From: Zygophlyctis sp. KS116
Taxonomy: Eukaryota; Fungi; Chytridiomycota
Direction: 5' to 3'
Length of the DNA: 27,310 nt
Assembly: GCA_054661495.1 (NCBI GenBank)
Contig: BAAFSQ010000133.1
Coordinates: 1-27,310, forward strand
Part shown: piece after piece, positions 11,440 to 23,529 of the stretch
Layout: the number at the start of each line of letters is the position of its first letter
Position numbering within the stretch: the stretch's first letter is position 1
The notes under the pieces: model-generated
Database searches by the model: none
Told to the model about the DNA's origin: nothing
The model's input: only the letters and a program-made list of their open reading frames with translations
Made by a program: the position numbers and the translations under genes

Positions 11440-11981
11440 TATGTGTTGCGTCTTAAGGACTCAACTCATGGATAATTTATATGCTTATCTCTATTTGCTT
11501 ATATGATTATTAGGGTTCAGTGCTTATTACGGTTGTTGGCTTTTTATGCTTGATCGATTAATGGTTGCTCAAGTGTGGCTTAGATACTTTGTAGTTTTTA
11601 ATTCAAAGTATTTTTGGTTGTTACTCGTATTATCTACTGTCTGAGTTAGTCCAGACCGTATCATATGTTAAAATTTGCACTTTTAGATATAGTTGACAGC
11701 AAATTAGATTATCTGATTTTCAAAGAAAGAATTCAAGATCTCAATCAAATGGACAAATTCAATAGATATCGTTTTACTTCAAGATAAAACAACTAAAAAA
11801 ACTAGCCTTGCCCATCTGAACCCAAGCCGTTAAAAACCCTTGAAGATTCAACAGTTATGTTATGAAGTGATATATCATAACCTTTAATTAGCTTATTAAG
11901 TAGTCTAATTGGGTTATAATTTATATGTCTTATTACATTTATAAGCTCTCAGACCTCGGAATATTTCTTTGTACTAATTAT

Positions 11982-12058
11982 CATAATTGATATTTATACA
12001 AAGGTAAATACATAATTGATATTTATACAAAGGTAAATACATAATTGATATTTATACA
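11982..12058. repeat. Tandem repeat, 29-bp unit x2.7
   Basis: cataattgatatttatacaaaggtaaata at 11982, 12011 and 12040, inside AT-rich LTR-like DNA. Confidence 0.92.
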
Positions 12059-12441
12059 GAGTTAATTGGGTTATTTCATTAAAGACTCACATGTTACAAT
12101 TCAATGATCTTATTACTAATTATAGCCTATTAAGGGATGTTATAATCAGGCTTTACTTAAATTATGTGTGAACTTTAACCAAGTAAAAACGGAGATGTAA
12201 TGCATGATTCTTTTATTTCTTTTTCTACTTCTAATATTTTTCGGGATTCAATTATGAAACATCTATGTGCCGATCATACATCAAATTTGCTCGATTTTCT
12301 TAACTATAAAAAAGGTGACTTTTGAAACTAGTATTCATAATTGGATTATCTTAGTTTTTAGTTATCAACTAATAGCTTTCTTAATTGAGTATCCCTTAAT
12401 AATCCAGCTAATCGCAACAAGTATAATCCAATTATTTCTCC

Positions 12442-13752
12442 ATGCCTCCTAAGCGTTCAACCCGAACCCGGTTTACAAGCTTTAAATGATTTGGTGCAAT
12501 TAGTCCAGTCCTGATCGTGTGACAGCCCGTAAAGGGGCTGAAGCACAAACTCATCAACCAGAACAAGCGGTTTCCCCAGGTCTATCACAGACACTTTCTA
12601 TTTATACTGATTCTTCTTCAATTGAAAACAAAATCAAAGCATCTTTACCGGACAAATTTGATAGATCTGCTTCTAATTATGATTCTTTCGTTCAATCTGT
12701 GGACAACTTTTTAAATTCGAGTTCGCACTGTTGTCATGGTTTGGTACCTTAGTCAAAACAAAGTCTGCACTTTTATCAAATTACAGTTTATTCATGAAAG
12801 AGCTTGAAAGACTATTTTCTGATCCAAAGTGAAAGTCTTCGCCAAGGGACAGGATCTGCTCTAGCTTACGCTTCCAAATTTCGAATTCTTGCAATCGACA
12901 GTGGATCGCTCTAATGGCCGCTTTTAAAAATGGTCTGAAAGAAGAAATTAAGGACATTGGTTCCCGTTGTGCAATAATTCAAAAATTACAAATCCTGAAG
13001 TCACTTCTCTCGGAAAAGATGGATCATTATCATGTGTTTCTTCTGACTTCTTGTTTCAAAACTTCAATTTAAATGCATTTTAGGACTCCCTGGATGACTA
13101 AAGCTCGACCAGTAATCAACTGGGACACATTAACTATCTCTTTAAATAATCAGATTTCAATCGCTGCTATTAATCCAGAATCTATTCCTATAAAATATCA
13201 AGAATTCTCAAACATCTTTAACCCAAACAATGCGGTATCCCTGCCTCCTCTTCGATCTTTGGACATGGAAATTAATCTCAAAGACTATTCTAAACCTCCT
13301 AAGAAACAACCAATTTATTCATTATCTTTAAAAGAGCAAAACAGTCTTAAGGAATGGATTGAGGTGAACTTAGATCAAGGACTAATCCGGCCTTCAAAAT
13401 CAGAATATGGAGCCCCTATATTTTTCGTTCCTAAGAAAGATGGAACATTGAGACCTTGTATTGATTATCGAGATTTAAATCAAAACACTTAGCTGGACGT
13501 TGATCCTTTACCACTTATTGCACAGTTGATGGATCAATTGGCTCATTCTAAAATCTTTACCAAACTCGACCTGCGCGGAGCCTATAACTTAGTAAGAATT
13601 AAAGATGGTGATCAATATAAGGCAGCCTTCAGATGTAGAGACGGACACTATGAGCCTAGGGTTATGGTTATTCAATTTGGTCTTACCAACGCCCCTGAAG
13701 TTTTTCAACGCTTTATGAATTCTATCGTTCAAGATCTTCTAGATAAGTTTGT
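12442..13752 (+). mobile_element. Ty3/Gypsy element E (Tf-like): gag, protease and RT remnants
   Basis: LPDKFD, YASKFRILA, FKNGLKEEIKD, GTPWM...[53 protein letters not shown]. Truncated before YxDD. Confidence 0.92.
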
Positions 13753-13779
13753 AGGTCCCACTCTCGATTGAACATCACT

Positions 13780-14795
13780 TCCAGATTATTTTGTCTGTAA
13801 TTTCCTTCATAGTAGTATTCAGAATCAAATTCGTTAAACGGAGCAATATAATAAGGATTTACGGGAGTATCAGTACCATTCTAGGCGGTTAACCTTCGAC
13901 CATCAGGTCGTATTAAGAAATATGTGTTATAAGGACCTTTATCTGCTACATAAAATGGGCCGAGAAAGCGAAATTTGAATCTTGTACGACTATGATTTAT
14001 CATCTTTACTACATCACCTAATCGATATCTTGCATCAGAGACTCCCAGTTTCCTATCATAGTAAGATTTCATCCGGATATCGAGTTTGGATTTTCTGCAG
14101 TGCTGCAGCTCAATTTCGACCCAAACGAGCTAATTCTCTTTCTGTAAGTGTTGCAACATCGCCTGAATTATTCAAATCATAAAATCCTGGTAGAACAGCT
14201 GGTAATTCATCACCGGGTAGTCTTGGTTTCATTCCATGCGATAAATAAATAAAAAGCTGAGAGGTTTTTAAGTAAGACAGTGTGACTGTAAACCAAGATG
14301 TTCCCCTATCAATAAGATCCCCCAATATTGAGTTCATTAAAGCCTGAAATGTACCAGGAGCATTTTTTAAGCCAAAGGGCATCACCAAGTATTCAAAATG
14401 ACCATACTTAGTACGAAAAGCAGTGAGATATTTCTGATTTTTTGTAATTCTTATAAGGTTGAAAGTACATTTCAAGTCTTTTTTTGAAAAATACTTTGAT
14501 CCATTAGCTCGAAACAACAAATCCCGTATTATAGGCAAGGCCGCACGATTAGTTTTTGTGACAGACCCATATGATTTCTTAACAAACATGACCGGAGCAC
14601 ATGCTGATGATGTGGACTCTCTAATTATTTCAGCAGCAAATGCCCCATCCTAATGTTTCTTCAAAAACTTTTCCTCCTGTACGCTGATAGAGTAGATTGG
14701 CCCAAACGGAGCTGATTTCCCTTCTAATAAGTCAATAGACAAATCAACTCCAACACGGTGAGGAGGAAGATCAGTGAACTCTTTCATAGAAAATA
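13780..14795 (-). mobile_element. Ty3/Gypsy fragment F: RT fused by deletion to the integrase C-terminus
   Basis: LPPHR...[25 protein letters not shown], then [10 protein letters not shown] and FLGPFYV. Confidence 0.9.
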
Positions 14796-14804
14796 CTAAC
14801 CCTA

Positions 14805-15466
14805 GTCAGAGAACGCACAGGCTATGGAATATCGAGTAGATCTGTCCACTGCAATAAGGATCTAGGTCTTGCCTCCTGAATAAAGTCCAAGTGCCATGTG
14901 TAAATAGGAACACCTGGATCTGGCAATGGATTCATGGGAGGAGACCGAGGGCGAGTAGATGTATTATTTAGCTGACAATTAGCACAAGATTTACAGTAAT
15001 TTTTATATCCAGTCCTTTTATTCGGCCACCAGAAGCGAACTTAAAGTGATGGAAAAGTTGCACGGACTCCTAAATGTCATAGTGTTTCATTATTCTCGCG
15101 TCATCTTTAAACGAGCCGCTGTCTGCAAATATGGAACAGCTACCATTTGTACATTAAACCTCAACCCTAAATGATGTAATTGCGCTCTGAATCCGAAAGT
15201 TTGCGTAAGAAGAATGCAATAGGTTTAAATGTCCACTCTTTTCAGAGTACTGATGCAACGCAGCGCCAATCGCGAAATTTGATGCATCACAGAAAAGGCT
15301 CTTTGCGATCCGGTAATTTAATCGTTCTTCGTTAGACAGTTTCTTCAATATTATAAATGCATCCTCACAATTTGCAGACCAAATAAACTTAGAATTCTTC
15401 TTTAATAACTTAATGAGCGGCTTGCATGTTTCGGTATACTTAGGAATGAAAGTCTTATATAAATTT
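14805..15466 (-). mobile_element. Ty3/Gypsy fragment G: RT connection/RNase H start joined to the integrase N-terminus
   Basis: FIPKY...LLKKNSKFIW, CDASNFAIGAAL, then CANCQL, WHLDFIQ, IAVDRSTR. Confidence 0.88.
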
Positions 15467-15599
15467 GGTTAGGGTAATATTGGTTATTTAGGGTTAGGGT
15501 ATACTATTCAAAATTCAGTATTTTACTTGCCCTTAAGTATATCTTTCTTAACCTATCTTTCTTTCAATTTGAACCACATCCGTGATCTTTTTGGCTCGA

Positions 15600-16300
15600 A
15601 TTTAAATGCTGGTCGTTTGTAGCATACAGCTTCTCATATGGAATATCTGTTTTCGTGATTTCAGATATAAATTATATTTTAGTAATACAATGACTTACCT
15701 TACTAAAAGCATCACATGAAACGTGTGCTACTGCCTGTAGAGAAGCGTACTGTCTGAGCTGAAATAATGAAAAAGAATATAGCATGGATGCGTCAACAGG
15801 ACAAAATTCTGCCTGTAGTAATATAGATTTCTTTAATTATTGTTCACAAATTTACCAATGTTCTCGACAGATAGATTTGCATATATCAAACTAAACTTCT
15901 TGTAGAAGTTCCATACTAAATGAATCTGCTGTTTTCCAAGCTGTGCTCCCAGTAACCCTAACCTTTTTAAATTTACTGCGGCAGATTTAAAATTGGAAGT
16001 ATTCAATTTTTTGAGCAGTATTCATTGTAAGCACAATAAATTTCAAATTCATTAATAGTCGACCATCTTTCATCCTCTTTCTCTTTTCAATGAAGATTCT
16101 TTCGCGAGCACATCGTACCTATATTGGTACTCCTGGTCAAATAATGCTGCTTGAAATGCGGCCTCTTCCCGCCAATATGACTGTAAAGCATCATTACTGA
16201 TATTTTCATCAGTTTCGTTTCGATTAGAAAAGCTCGATATTAATATATTCAATTTGATCAAATTGGACTTGTTTCATATCTTCTTTCTGAACTGCATTAG
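15600..16300 (-). pseudogene. Degraded intron-containing gene, weakly resembling the CxC N-terminal region of KDZ (Kyakuja-Dileera-Zisupton) transposases
   Basis: ICKSIC...LLQAEFCP...FSLFQLRQY..L......SCDAF. Candidate 25-nt intron at 15855-15831 and GTAAGT donor at 15698. Pattern recall only. Confidence 0.3.
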
Positions 16301-16474
16301 GAAATGTTGACATGTGTCGATCAACTATTAGTGCAAGATGCTCTTTTCCCGTACTTAAAAATTGTCTGCGATCAGGGCTGAATCGTATTCACAAGTGCAG
16401 TTAGTGACTCAAATTATATCTATTCGGATATAATAAGCCTTTTGACAATATTTTTTATTGGGTTATAATCTAGC

Positions 16475-16530
16475 TAGAAATGATGAATAAACAAAACTAA
16501 ATTAGAAATGATGAATAAACAAAACTAAAT
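16475..16530. repeat. Perfect 28-bp tandem duplication
   Basis: tagaaatgatgaataaacaaaactaaat at 16475 and 16503. Confidence 0.93.
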
Positions 16531-17833
16531 CTCTTGACTGGTATACGAACTTTAACCTTGGTGAAAAGAAAAAAGGTACTGGGGCTCTCACTTCTTATAA
16601 ACTATTTTGGGCAAAATTTGCTAAACAATTGAGGCCAAAGTACGGCACTATGGTGGCAGAACAAAAAATTCACCAAATACGCTGGGTAAGGTTCTAATAT
16701 TAATGAATATATACAAGAAATTGAAAAATTATTAGCTCTTACGGCATCTAATAAACCTTGAATCATCATCAATAACTTCATGTATATTCCTGATGTTTCC
16801 CAGTGAGAAGAGCAAATGCACACGTTACATAAAGCCGCGTAACTTGGTTGTACGTTCTAAGTACTATGAATCCATCAGGGGCGGTTTTAAAAGTTCCATC
16901 AAGGAAGCAATGACTATTAATCTTAAATCCGCACGCCCCTCCGCAGACATCCATAAAATGATTGCATGTAACTCCTTGTCTATCATAAATTTGGCATATT
17001 CCCGAAACATTGGCAGCCCTTTTGAATCATTGCAATCTGGAGGTAAGCAGATTCTAATTAGTGAATCACTAGTATCTAATTTACGAATTTTATCTACTGT
17101 AAACGCTAGTTTTAGAGGGTATAATATAAGCAGAGTCACTGTAATTCTTCTGTAAATCAGATAATATTTCCTGGTATATGTTAGAGCGGTTCTTTGAAAA
17201 ATTCTGACTTAGACTTGCAATCTATCCTCAATAAAATCATCTCCTTCAGCTGTAGTGGCACTCTTCTCTTCAATAGGATTTAGACGTGCATCGTAATGTG
17301 GAGTTTTCTCTGTAACTACCCCTTGATGAACCCATAATGAAGCAGAACATTTTTTCCTTTTTACTTTGAGCAGTGCCATCTTTCGGTTACCTTGTTACTC
17401 AACACACCATTTTAAGAAAGTTTTTTTGTTTATGAATAAGGCTTTTTGAATTTCCCTCGTGCTCTTTTTCAGAGGAGCTGTTGTATTCTTGAAGCACTTG
17501 AAGCATTAGAGATATATAACACAAATTATAGTACAAAGAAGAAAAAAGTCAAATGAGCTAACCCTAAAAATCAGTTTATTTTATTTTTAGAAGAAAGACT
17601 TTTACCGAACTAGTTCCATTTATAATTCGTAAGCCCGAGGGTTAGCGGGCTACAGGACCTTATGTCATTTTACCAATTTAAAAGCTGCTAAAGCTACTCA
17701 AAGGGGGTAATAGGACTATTCGGTGCTCGACACGGTGCTCCTCTTAAATTTGTGGATTGTTTTACAGGGGAGAGATTGGCATATGTAGATTTGCTTTTAA
17801 AAGAATTCATTCAAAGGAAAAGCTCTCTTAAGA

Positions 17834-19225
17834 ATGAGTAGTAGAATTACAAGATCAAGATCAGTTCAGCCTAGACGATTACCAAGAGCAGGAGAAGGTT
17901 TAATTCCTAACAAAAATGTTCCCGACGCAAGCCCTAGCAATCCCGACGCAAGCCAAAATGTTCCCGACGCAAGCCCTAGTCTTCCCGACGCAAAATTTGG
18001 AACTTCAAGCTACTTCGTTCTAGTTGCGAAAGAAGATTGGAATATTCTGCCACTCTCGAAAAAAATTACTTATCAATTGTGGAGCAAATAGAAAAACATC
18101 TAGTCGATATTCTAATTCAAAGACAACACACTGAATATAACGTGTATGAAATTCAACAGTCAATAATTAATAACTTATGGGAAATGATTATTAACTGGAT
18201 CGAAACCGCACTGAAAAAGTCCTGTGAAAAAAAGAAAACAATTCAATGTATCTGATATATTCTGTACACCTGATCTTAACCAGCAGAAAAATCAGATAAT
18301 GTCAGATAATTCTTATATTCTTTACAAACGCTACTGCAAAAATTTGGCTAAAAGAAAGAAAGCACTTTATCTTGAAATGATTTCAGAAAAATCAGGAGCT
18401 TGAAAACGTGGAGATCTCTTCAAATTGATTAAATCAGGCAATAGAAAAAAAAATGCTTTCTCAATCCAAAAATTTGCAAAAGCATACTGGATATTTTTTG
18501 CAAACCTTTGACAAGCTACCGCAAGGAGATAGCTCAATTTTTGATTCAGAAATTCTAGAGTCTTCTAATCCCAAAGAAACCAATAATTGTTTGGACGAAT
18601 TATTATCGATCAACTATGAAGATGTAGAAAATTCTCTGAAAAAATTAGCTAATGGAAAGGCCCCTGGAGCTGATAGTTTAATTGCAGAAGCATATAAATT
18701 CGGAGGATAGGCAATGATATATGTTCGAGCTTCATTCTTCAATATGTGCGCAAAAACTCAGCTAACGCCTTCACCATGGAATGAATCAATTATAATACCA
18801 ATCTTCAAAAATAAAGCCTCTGAAACAAAAATTAAAAATCACGGACCAATCGCTCTCACGATTGTAGGAAAAAGAATCTTTTAAAAGATCATTGATTCAA
18901 AACTTTAAAATTACAAAGATATGCTATATACTTTTCAAGGAGGATTCTTTAAAAAATCCATTCTGCATCAAGTATATTATCTAATGGAGCTTCTGATTTA
19001 ATTCAAGTATTTCTGGATTTATCTGTAGCTTACGATAGGGTTAAATTTTGTGGACTTTACTTGCAAAGCGATTTAAAATGCCAGGGTTAGACTTCTAAGA
19101 TCACTCTTTGATTTTAATTACAGCAGATTAAATATCTCTGGAACTAAATCAGAAAAAGCATCTACGTGGTTAACCTCAAGGGTCTTCACTCTCACCAATT
19201 CTTTTTAATCTTTCTATCGACACTC
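17834..19225 (+). mobile_element. Non-LTR retrotransposon (LINE-type) RT remnant
   Basis: GKAPGADSL, WNESIIIPIFK, PIALT, FQGGF, FLDLSVAYDRV, PQGSSLSPILFN. Many stops and deletions; truncated before YADD. Confidence 0.9.
17914..17993 (+). repeat. Coding minisatellite, about 21-bp unit x4 (PDAS repeats)
   Basis: tcccgacgcaa at 17920, 17941, 17962 and 17983. Confidence 0.88.
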
Positions 19226-19259
19226 TTTATTAAAAACGAAATTCCCCAACTTATTGTTG

Positions 19260-20570
19260 TTCAACTAAAACTGATGTCCAAATACCTCATCCAGAAATTA
19301 GAGTTGATTTTATAACGTTGGGGCAAGTGCTGCTTAAGAAGGATCGTCTCTTTCGGAAAGAAGTTTCTTGCAAACAGGGTGCGCATAAGTGCATTTCGGT
19401 CGCTCTTACTGATTCGGGATCTATGTAATTTGGCTACACGGACTATGATTTGGCGGTAGAGCATAAACTTATTTTGGTACACCTAGAACAAGTAGTAGAG
19501 GTCAAAGTAATCGATGGAAAACCTTGCGGAAGAATCACTCATAAAATCAGCCTGTATATTAAATTAGAACCACATTGTGAACAAGCAGAACTTTATTTAA
19601 TTAGTTCCCCAAAAAATCCAGTAATTTTGTGTCTAGATTGGTTGCGTTTGCATAATCCGCAGATAGATTTTATTTCCGAGCTTTAAATGTGATCGTCAAA
19701 AAATTGGGACCCTGTATGATAGCACTACAGCATGGGACCCGCAAAGGCAGCTTATGCAAGAAACGCATTTACAGGAGAGAAATTACTTAATAGATTGCTT
19801 GAAATGTTTTCAACAGTATTTTCGATTTAAGAATTTCCTGCTTTACCGCCTTGTTGCCCCGGTATAGATCTGGATATTGAACTACTGGATGAACCGAATC
19901 AAACCTTTGGACCAATATACGCATTATCTGGAGAAGAGGAAATCGCTTTGCGTAAGTATTTAGATGTAGCATTATAGGCTGGTATCATCAAAGAATCGAA
20001 TTCCCCTGCAGGATCTTGGTCAAAATAGAGCAGATGCCCTTCAAAGATTAGGATAACAGGCTATTCGAACGAAGAACTATTATGATAAGAAAGTTGGAGC
20101 CACTGACAGCCGATACGAACCAGGAGATGTGGGAAAAATGATTAATCACGGTCTAACTAGATTCAAGCAAACAATACCTATTTTTTAATGCGACCTGATG
20201 GTCGAAGATGATCTGGTCAAAATGGCCCAGATACTCCAGGCAATCCGGATGATTTAGCCCCATTTACAGATTTTGATGCAGAATATTATTATGAAGGAAA
20301 CTCTTCTTAAGTTGAATGCGATTTCGTGCTGGGTTTAATCAATATCCCCAGAGGTTTTTCTTTCGTGAACGGCTTAAGCAGGGGGTGATGTTACGTTCTC
20401 ACTTCTCATTCCTCAATTCTTATTAACTCACATTATTCAATTCTTATTTATTCATATTATTCAATTATTATCTAATCCTATGAAGATAACAAAGAAATTT
20501 AATCATCAAAGTCGGAGTCTTTATAAACCAAATGGAGCGGAGTCGCGTATCGCTCTTTGTTCTGAAAACA
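19260..20570 (+). mobile_element. Ty3/Gypsy element H (related to F): gag end, protease, RT start, large deletion, integrase C-terminus, 3' LTR
   Basis: VILCLDWLRLHNPQIDF, GPIYALS, SNSPAG fused to LGQNRADALQRL, RPDGRR. PPT AGGGGG followed by TGTTACG at 20389. Confidence 0.85.
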
Positions 20571-20599
20571 ATAAATTCTTACCCAAAAGAGTCTCCTGT

Positions 20600-21960
20600 T
20601 GTCTTTGTCTATTGTTGAGAGTTACTATATTCCTACTTCCAATAATCCAATAAAACTAAAGTAGTATTTACAACTTGAAAAGCCTATAAGAAGTCACTGC
20701 CTGACAGTACACTCCCCTTCACTCACGGTAAAGATTAAAGCTTATAAAGCACTAATGCAGAAGACTTGCCCGGAATGACTTTGAGCTGATTTTAACTTTG
20801 GGAACTAATAAAAGGCGCTAAATGATTAGCATTTACTGGGTGAGGTTCCAATTGTCCATTTAGTTTCTTTAAAATATATGAATCATGAGGTCCTGCACTT
20901 TCAATGATAAAGGGACCTTCCCAACGAGGAGCTAACTTTGGGATCATCTGATTATGGAGTCTTTTTCGAATTCTTTTCACAAATTGTCCGGGAGTAAATC
21001 TGTCGGCAATAGTCTGGTGAGTTCGGTCGTGAATCTTCTGAATTTCGAAAATTAAACAGTCGAGGTGGGTCGATATGCTGGGGAGAAAAATAACTAGCTC
21101 TGTCAGTGATTATGCGGGCAGGGACACCAAAACATAGCTGATGCAAAATTCTTGACATGCAAAAAACTTAACCCTGACCCTGAATCTCTATAAGAAAATG
21201 CAGAAGCGACAGAAAATCGATCGGTCAACAGCAATCAATATCTGGCTATTTCCCATAGCTGTTGCGGGCAAATCTTGAATAAAATCGATATGCCAAGTAT
21301 GAAAGAGCACCCCAGGATCAGGCAATGGGGTCTAGGATACGGTCTTGGCTTAGTGGAGGTATTATTCAGTTGGCAAACAGAACATGACTTACTATAGCGC
21401 TCATAGTCTAGCGGATTCCAGGCCACCAGAAACGAATCAGTAATGAAGAAAATGTGGCTCTTTAGAAGTGACCCAAACTTTCGTGCGTCTGTTTCATTAT
21501 TTCTTGCGGTGTTCGTGATATAAGTACGGTACAGCCACAATTTGAGAGTTGCATTTTACTTTACGAAAGAGCTGTCCATGTTTAACATAAAATGAATCTT
21601 GCTCTTTGTGAATGCGGCTTTAAAATTGTTTTGGTAAATAAGTAGGGTTTGTTTTAGATGTCAGGAACCCATAAATAAAAATGGGCCATATTTGATAGTA
21701 AGTAGAAGCAGGATCCGACAATGCTTCTTGTATTTAAGTGGTTTAGGGTGCTTGTCCTTTCCAGAGCAGAGACAAACAAACTAGAAGGAAGTAGCTTTGT
21801 TTCTTGTGGAGAAGAATTCAAATAATCTTTCCTGAGAGAAAGAGCGTCAGCTACGACATTCTGAGACTCTGGAAATGGTGAATTTTAAAATCGTAGTCTG
21901 CAAAGAATTGTTGCCAACGTGCCTGTCGTTGGTTGAGTTTTTAAGAGCATTTAAAGTAGG
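20600..21960 (-). mobile_element. Ty3/Gypsy fragment I (related to B): RNase H end, integrase remnants, PPT and 3' LTR
   Basis: RQARWQQFFADYDF, CSVCQL, FGVPARIITDRA, RWEGPF...HPVN. PPT GAAGGGGAG followed by TGTCAGG at 20706. Confidence 0.85.
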
Positions 21961-21964
21961 TAAG

Positions 21965-22663
21965 ATTATCGTGATCAGAATAAATAGTTATAGGAATCGC
22001 AGTACCAATCAGCAAATGGCTTTTTTTAGCTCAGTAAGTTTTATCCTTTTTTTAAGGTTTAGGCCTATGTTTTTTTATTGAAAACTACTTTTTATACTAT
22101 CAAGCTATTAATAGAATCCTTTTTATGCCTTTTCACTTCACGATCTGATCTTCCAAAGTTCACTTCAACACTCCCCCGAACGAACTTTGCAACAAAAATC
22201 TTCTGAATTTTGTAAATTTCGTAACGTCTAATGCCTTGGTGAACATATCGACAATATTTTCATCGGTGCTTCTATACTTCAGCTTTATCGCTTGCATACG
22301 CTCTGATAAATGATAATGTAGCTCCCAAATGTTTCGACCCTTCTCTAATAGATTCTTCTCCAATCTAATGACTGGTCTGCAGCATGAATTTCTGCTTCGC
22401 ACGATGAAGTAGACGATATAGGTTGCTTTTAGCTTTTCCAATGTATCAAATGTCCATTTAAATAAATGCACAATCCTGTTGTAGATATTAATGTGTCATC
22501 ATCTCCTAAATATGAAACATCCACAAAAGCTTCCAATACCATTTCTTGTGGTTCTTTTTCTCTTTTTAAATATTCCAGACCAACATCTCTATTATGGAAT
22601 AAATACCTTAATGTCCTCCGAGCACAATTCCAATGAGCCAAAACCTCAACAACCTTGGTGCAA
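21965..22663 (-). mobile_element. Ty1/Copia 3' fragment (RT end, RNase H, PPT, LTR)
   Basis: HWNCARRTLRYL, LEAFVD, STTG...IHWKS, ENIVDMFTKAL. GGGGGAG followed by TGTTG at 22170. Confidence 0.88.
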
Positions 22664-22669
22664 CTAACC

Positions 22670-23003
22670 ATACTTCTCATAGATCAGGATATCATCTATG
22701 TAGATATAAACCCCTCTTCCAATAATATCTGAAAATAGCTGATTCATTACATCCTGAAAACGACCCGGATCATTCTTTAAACCGAAGAGTATCACTTTAC
22801 CGAATTTGGTGATAAATTTTGATAAATCTTCGGATCCTTGAGTCAAACGTAGCAAATTAAATGCGCCCTTTGGATCGATTGTTGAGTATAATGGTTGGAG
22901 CTCTGACTGTCCTCCTAATGATGCTTATACATCCTGAATGTCCGGCAATATGGCTTGGGTAGATACAATGACTTCATTTACTTTCCTGTAGTCTACACAT
23001 AAC
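22670..23003 (-). mobile_element. Ty3/Gypsy RT fragment
   Basis: CVDYRKVN, IDPKGAFNLLR, FGLKNDPGRFQ, YIDDILIY. Confidence 0.88.
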
Positions 23004-23529
23004 AAAATTTAAAATTCAGATAACTGATTTTTTTATAATTTTTCCAGATCCTTTTATTTTTTCACCCTTTACTATTTATACCAGTCAAATTTTTAATCAC
23101 TTGATACTTCTATATTGTTCCGTTTAGAATTGTGGCTGAACATTATTGGTTGTGCAGGAACAAACCTTAACCGAACCTTTAAAATCTGACACTCCCCTTA
23201 ACATTAATGATATTTTGCAGATATATTAAGGGTCGGAAAATTTATTAAGGTGAGTCCGAGACTTGGTCCAGAGCCAAATATCTCAGGTTTAGGACCACAC
23301 ATAAATACGCCCACACACAGTAATTTAGATAGATATCTGATTCAGAGAAGAATTATCTGATTCAGAAGACTAAAAGAGTAAAAAATCGAAATTCATTTTT
23401 TTATTGTATCGTTCATTTGAGATATTTGAGATTTCTGATGTCATAAATTTTATCGAGCTTGAGTAACTGGAAAATAGAATCACATAGATTTCTGACAGAC
23501 CTATTTCCTCGGATTTCTTCCAGAAAATC

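Noticed and set aside
11982-12058. 29-bp repeats as a CRISPR array
   Set aside because: Head-to-tail with no spacers, in a eukaryotic TE context with no cas genes.
17625-17750. Self-cleaving ribozyme in the LINE 5' region
   Set aside because: Only a simple hairpin is visible. I could not match hammerhead, HDV or twister cores by eye.
19036-19043. TAGGGTTA in the LINE RT
   Set aside because: Encodes the conserved YDRV motif, so it is probably native.
21169-21183. TAACCCTGACCCTGA variant telomere-like tract
   Set aside because: Mostly readable as native integrase codons (RDSGS), with no clear homology jump.
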